From positions 1,200,001 to 1,232,000 of the forward strand of contig NZ_CP026606.1 in the NCBI RefSeq assembly GCF_002945325.1: DNA of 32,000 nt. The letters run 5' to 3'. This stretch comes from Methanococcus maripaludis. GTDB lineage: Archaea > AGJL01 > Methanococci > Methanococcales > Methanococcaceae. The position numbers and the translations under genes were made by a program. The notes under the pieces were generated by a model, which was not told where the DNA came from, did not search any database, and saw only the letters and a program-made list of their open reading frames with translations. The first letter of the stretch is position 1. The number at the start of each line of letters is the position of its first letter. Positions 27,970 to 32,000 of this stretch are shown in pieces.

Positions 27970-28752
27970 TTAAAATTCTTTAACAAAGGAATCTACTCTT
28001 GAAATATTTTTAGAGAGTATTTCTTCAAGTTCGTATTCAACATGGTCTATCGAACTTACAGTTATTGCAGGCATGTTCAATTCAGTTAAAAATTTTTTTA
28101 CGTTTTTTTCGTGGAAAACGGTTCCCTCGAAGTATTTTAAGTTTGGAATCGTGTACAAAACACTATCTAACTCATTAATATCTCTGCATGAATCCATTAT
28201 TATGTCAACAACAAGGGTCATTGTTCCAGAAGTTTTTGAAAATTTAGACGACCGGTAAGTTTTTAAAACTCCTTTTTTGGCCCCTACGCAGAGTCTTTTG
28301 TCGGTATTATCTATTTTTGAAATTCCTTTATCGTGGTTTCCTTTCGGGTCTTCAACGATCAAAACTTTTGGGTTAAATTTGGAAATTAAATCCGGAGATA
28401 CTCCTCCAATACCTGTTAAATCAATTACCAAATCGGGGTTAATTGAAGTTCCATTTCTTAATTCAAGTTGCAATTTGTTTAAATCCATAAATTTTATTCC
28501 GTCGTTAAATAAAATATCTTTTAAATGGGGCTGAATGTCTACGATAATAACTTCGTCACAGTCTTTTAAAAGTGAATATGCAATGTAGCTTCCGGAAAGA
28601 TAAGCTCCAAATACAATAGCCTGCTTAAATTCTTCGCCTTCTAAGAAGTATTTAATTGCATTAGCCTTTTTTTCTACAACATCTGAAACGATGTCTTTTA
28701 TTTTTATTTTTGAACGGGTCGTTTTTACACTTTCAGTAATTCCGTAATTCAT
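27970..28752 (-). CDS. hcgC: FeGP-cofactor biosynthesis SAM-dependent pyridinol methyltransferase HcgC (DUF1188 family)
   Basis: Rossmann-like QAIVFGAYLSGSYIAYSLLKDCDEVIIVDIQPHL and VIDLTGIGGVSPDLISKFNPKVLIVEDPKGNHDKGI. Overall recalled similarity to methanogen HcgC, and adjacent to an HcgB-like gene. Confidence 0.8.
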   Translation of the reverse strand: MNYGITESVKTTRSKIKIKDIVSDVVEKKANAIKYFLEGEEFKQAIVFGAYLSGSYIAYSLLKDCDEVIIVDIQPHLKDILFNDGIKFMDLNKLQLELRNGTSINPDLVIDLTGIGGVSPDLISKFNPKVLIVEDPKGNHDKGISKIDNTDKRLCVGAKKGVLKTYRSSKFSKTSGTMTLVVDIIMDSCRDINELDSVLYTIPNLKYFEGTVFHEKNVKKFLTELNMPAITVSSIDHVEYELEEILSKNISRVDSFVKEF

Positions 28753-29228
28753 TTTTTCACCACAATACCGATTCTTTCAAGGGCCACAATCAATTCTAAC
28801 TCTACTGTTTTATCTATTGGATTTTTATGAATTATGGATGAAGGAGAAACTGATCCTGTTAGAATTCGTCCCTTTCTATCCATTATAAGGAGTAGTGATC
28901 CAGAACCTGGAATTCCAAGCCTTCCTCTAGTTATTATTAAATCCGCATCTGAGGAATCCACGGCAATTAATCCCTTGTTTAATGCAGGCATTCGGGTTAA
29001 GTCCGCAGAATTTGTTGGAAGTTCAAGCATTGATATATTTGCATCTGTAATCCTTGAAATAATATCGGATACTACTTTAAATTTTTTTTCATTGCTTGTT
29101 GCTACAGTTACGTTTTTTGCACTTTTTATGGTGCTTTGGATGGCATCGATTTCTTCTATTTTGTCACCAAAGCGTGTATTGGTTATTGATTCTTCATAAG
29201 CAGATTTAATGGTATTTTTAATATTCAC
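28749..29228 (-). CDS. hcgB: FeGP-cofactor biosynthesis guanylyltransferase HcgB (DUF3236 family)
   Basis: NVTVATSNEKKFKVVSDII... and LIAVDSSDADLIITRGRLGIPGSGSLLLIMDRKGRILTGSVSPSSIIHKNPI. The fold-like motif and context match HcgB. The stop overlaps the hcgC start (ATGA). Confidence 0.8.
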   Translation of the reverse strand: MNIKNTIKSAYEESITNTRFGDKIEEIDAIQSTIKSAKNVTVATSNEKKFKVVSDIISRITDANISMLELPTNSADLTRMPALNKGLIAVDSSDADLIITRGRLGIPGSGSLLLIMDRKGRILTGSVSPSSIIHKNPIDKTVELELIVALERIGIVVKK

Positions 29229-29252
29229 GAAAATCCCTTCAAAAAGTTGAAT

Positions 29253-30758
29253 TTATTGTTCATTAACAGCAGTTTTTTTAAGCCATTCCATGTCGTTTTT
29301 GTGAAGTTCACGGATGTCTGTAAGTCCGAGTCTTAACATTGCAAGCCTGCTTAAGCCAATTCCCCATGCAAGAACCGGTTTTTTAATTCCGAAAGGTTCT
29401 AAAACTTCAGGCCTAAATACTCCGGCACCTAAAAGTTCAAGCCAGCCTTTTCCTTCCATGTAAACTTCAGCTTCAAGGGATGGTTCTGTAAATGGGAAGT
29501 ATGCAGGCCTAATCCTTACTTTTTCAAAGCCTAATTTTCTTAAAAATTCTTTTAAAATTCCAACGAGGTTGTCAAAGTTCACGTCTTCAGCCATAACGAT
29601 TCCTTCACACTGGTAAAATTCTGGAAGGTGTTTGTAATCGATTGTTTCGTTTCTAAATACTCTGTCAATACAGAATACTTTGTGGGGTTTTTCTCTTTCG
29701 CTTTCTGAAAGTGAAGCTAAATATTTTATCGATGAAACGGTTGTGTGCGTTCTTAAAACTGTTCTTTTAGATACGTTTTCATCAAACTTGTAGCACCAGC
29801 CTTTTGAAATTTTTTCGCCATCAATAGTTCCGCATTCGTGGATTCCTTTTACTTTTTCGAGCAAATTTTCTGGAACTTTTCCCGTGTTTGGATATTTTAC
29901 AAAGAATGTATCCTGCATGTCTCTTGCAGGGTGGTCTTGAGGCTCGAATAACGTATCAAAATTCCAAAATTCAGTCTGGACGATCTGGCTTTTTACTTCC
30001 TTAAAACCCATTGAAATTAAAACTTCGTTTACTTCCTGAATCATTTTTGACATCGGGTGTGCTTTTGCAGGGTAAACATCTTCTGTAGGAATTTTTGCAT
30101 CATATGGCCTTATAAAGTAGTCTTTCCATTTTCCACTTACAATCATTTCCCTTGTAAGCTGGGTAATTTCTTCTTTTATTTCTATTGGATTTTTAATAAA
30201 TTCAGTTCCTGCATCCTTAATTTCAAAACTTCTATCAACTACTTCTTTTAAGTTTAAAAAACCTCTTTTTTTCAGGTTTTCAACTATTTTAACTTCGTCT
30301 TTTGAATATATTGATAAATCAGGGTTGATTGAAACTTTTTTTAATATTTCTTCTTCAATATCTTCGTAGTCTAAATTTTTAAATACAATATTTCCTTTAT
30401 CTATCTCGACCAATCCTTTTTTCTTTAAATTACCAAGTGCGGCTCCTGTTTCGTCCTTTTCTAAAATTTTTGAGAGTTCTTTTATCGGGATTGATTCCAA
30501 ATTATTTTCTTTGATATAATTTGCAACTTTTCTCTCGGGAATTCCAAAATCAATGGAATTTTTACCAAGTTTAGTTAATTCACAAAGTTTTGTTTTATTT
30601 TCAATAATTTCAAGAAAATCTCGCCCTGAAAGCCAAAATGCTGCTCTCATTACTTTTTCTTTTTCAATATATTTTGAAAGTTCTTCTAAATTCATCGTTT
30701 TTTTATTAGATTCCTGAAATGCCTTTAATAATCTTTTTTCGTCGTTATGAAGTTCCAT
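29253..30758 (-). CDS. pheS: Phenylalanyl-tRNA synthetase alpha subunit
   Basis: [66 protein letters not shown] and [13 protein letters not shown]. The start at MELHND follows AAGGTG. Confidence 0.96.
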   Translation of the reverse strand: MELHNDEKRLLKAFQESNKKTMNLEELSKYIEKEKVMRAAFWLSGRDFLEIIENKTKLCELTKLGKNSIDFGIPERKVANYIKENNLESIPIKELSKILEKDETGAALGNLKKKGLVEIDKGNIVFKNLDYEDIEEEILKKVSINPDLSIYSKDEVKIVENLKKRGFLNLKEVVDRSFEIKDAGTEFIKNPIEIKEEITQLTREMIVSGKWKDYFIRPYDAKIPTEDVYPAKAHPMSKMIQEVNEVLISMGFKEVKSQIVQTEFWNFDTLFEPQDHPARDMQDTFFVKYPNTGKVPENLLEKVKGIHECGTIDGEKISKGWCYKFDENVSKRTVLRTHTTVSSIKYLASLSESEREKPHKVFCIDRVFRNETIDYKHLPEFYQCEGIVMAEDVNFDNLVGILKEFLRKLGFEKVRIRPAYFPFTEPSLEAEVYMEGKGWLELLGAGVFRPEVLEPFGIKKPVLAWGIGLSRLAMLRLGLTDIRELHKNDMEWLKKTAVNEQ

Positions 30759-30837
30759 TATTTTCACCTTTATGAACATATAACAATATAAACACCAATT
30801 ATTTAATATATCCTATAATTTAGTTTTTGGTGGTTTC

Positions 30838-31836
30838 ATGAATAGGGGCGCTCAAATTTACAGAAACACTAGTAGTTCCATAGATAAAAATATTGTCGAT
30901 AAAATTTACAGTGAAGGCTACTCAATAGCCCAATACGGACTTTATACGAGGCGAGAAAAGGGTTACAAGACTTTTAAAGTTGCAGTTGATGCAGGATTCT
31001 CATGCCCTAATAAAGATGGGACAATTGATACAGAAGGTTGCATTTTCTGTCCAAAAATGGGAAGGCCGATAAGTGTTGAATACTGCAATGTTAAATATTC
31101 CTTAAAAGAGCAGATTGAACATCAAATACAGAGGAATAAAGAAAAGGGAATTGAAAAATTTTACGTTTATTTTTATCCTGGAACAAATACTCATGCATCA
31201 CCAGAATATTTAAAAGAATTGTGGGATTTTGCACTTTCTTTTGATGATGTTATAGGAATTTCAATTGGAACAAGGCCCGACTGCCTTGAAGATGAAAAAC
31301 TTGATATTTTAGAAAATTATGTGAAAGAAGGCTATGAAATCTGGATCGATCTAGGAATCCAGACAATGCACGATAAAACTCTTGATTTTCTAAATAGGAA
31401 GCATTCTTCAGACGATGTAAGAAGAGTTCTTAGGGAATGTAAACAAAGAGGGATTTTGGTATGTGGTCACATAATTTTAGGACTTCCTGATGAAAGCTGG
31501 GATATGATGATGGAAACTGCAAAAATTTTGTCTGATTTAGAAATTGACGCATTAAAGATTTACCCGCTTGTTGTTGTTGAAAATACAAAACTTGAAGAGA
31601 TATACTGGAAAGGAGAATACAAATCTTTAGACGAAAAACAGTACATTCATCTTGTTGCTGATTTTTTAGAACACTTATCTCCGTATGTAATCATTCAAAG
31701 AGTTTCAAAGGACAAAGTGCCAGAAGAAATAAAAATTTCACCAGAATGGTCTTTAAAAAGGCTCAGAATTTTAAATGAAGTTTCAAAATTATTGGATAAA
31801 CGAAAAACAAAACAGGGCTCAAAATATGAAAAATAA
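30838..31836 (+). CDS. Radical SAM protein, TIGR01212/YhcC-like family
   Basis: YKTFKVAVDAGFSCPNKDGTIDTEGCIFCPKMGRP cysteine motif, FYPGTNTHASPEYLKELWDFALSFDDVIGISIGTRPDCLEDEKL. SD GGTGG. Confidence 0.88.
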   Translation: MNRGAQIYRNTSSSIDKNIVDKIYSEGYSIAQYGLYTRREKGYKTFKVAVDAGFSCPNKDGTIDTEGCIFCPKMGRPISVEYCNVKYSLKEQIEHQIQRNKEKGIEKFYVYFYPGTNTHASPEYLKELWDFALSFDDVIGISIGTRPDCLEDEKLDILENYVKEGYEIWIDLGIQTMHDKTLDFLNRKHSSDDVRRVLRECKQRGILVCGHIILGLPDESWDMMMETAKILSDLEIDALKIYPLVVVENTKLEEIYWKGEYKSLDEKQYIHLVADFLEHLSPYVIIQRVSKDKVPEEIKISPEWSLKRLRILNEVSKLLDKRKTKQGSKYEK

Positions 31837-31849
31837 AAATTAATCTAAA

Positions 31850-32000
31850 TTAAAATAGAGGAAGTGTTTTTCTAATATCTTTTTCAATTTTTGACATTTC
31901 TTTTGCATAAATTTCTGCAATTTCTTCCATAATTTCAAAAGTATTTTCAATTCCCATATCTTTTAACCCAACTGCAGAAACGTGGGAAGGAACACCATCA
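31850..32000 (-). CDS. C-terminal fragment of an unidentified protein (cut by right window edge)
   Basis: The minus strand is open from the edge: ...DGVPSHVSAVGLKDMGIENTFEIMEEIAEIYAKEMSKIEKDIRKTLPLF*, with the stop at 31850-31852. It is absent from the ORF track, probably because of the length cut-off. Confidence 0.65.
   Translation of the reverse strand, partial: DGVPSHVSAVGLKDMGIENTFEIMEEIAEIYAKEMSKIEKDIRKTLPLF

Noticed and set aside
1-32000. Search for a CRISPR array, transposase, integrase, toxin-antitoxin or defence genes
   Set aside because: No regularly spaced repeats and no ORF with such motifs. Nearly all of the window is assigned to housekeeping or metabolic genes.

Overview
This 32 kb window looks like an ordinary chromosomal segment from a Methanococcus maripaludis-like methanogen. 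I see no CRISPR array, transposase, prophage or defence island. Left to right it encodes:
- the C-terminus of prephenate dehydratase (cut by the window edge)
- LL-diaminopimelate aminotransferase (dapL)
- a bacterial-type RNase III and PmbA/TldE
- SecF and SecD
- a flippase-like membrane protein and a small methanogen protein
- HypB
- a molybdate/tungstate-type ABC permease and ATPase
- an M50 metalloprotease and ScpA
- thermosome
- prephenate dehydrogenase
- an alanine-utilisation cluster (ald, alr, agcS)
- GatA
- two small conserved archaeal proteins (DUF555/UPF0212 and DUF357)
- the six-gene pyruvate oxidoreductase operon (porCDABEF order here)
- a YfcE-like phosphodiesterase
- a minus-strand SRP (7S) RNA of about 309 nt
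- FtsZ and an HTH protein
- the FeGP-cofactor pair hcgC/hcgB
- PheS, a TIGR01212-type radical SAM protein, and a partial C-terminus at the right edge.

The most interesting points are the SRP RNA overlapped by a spurious ORF, a perfect CCGGAATG-TG-CATTCCGG palindrome containing the NrpR-type GGAA-N6-TTCC motif before agcS, a dense nest of inverted and direct repeats before the por operon, a structured element before ald, a catalytically intact RNase III in an archaeon, and the translationally coupled hcgB/hcgC pair. I found no clear evidence for a wholly new multi-gene system. The best undescribed candidates are the non-coding repeat clusters.
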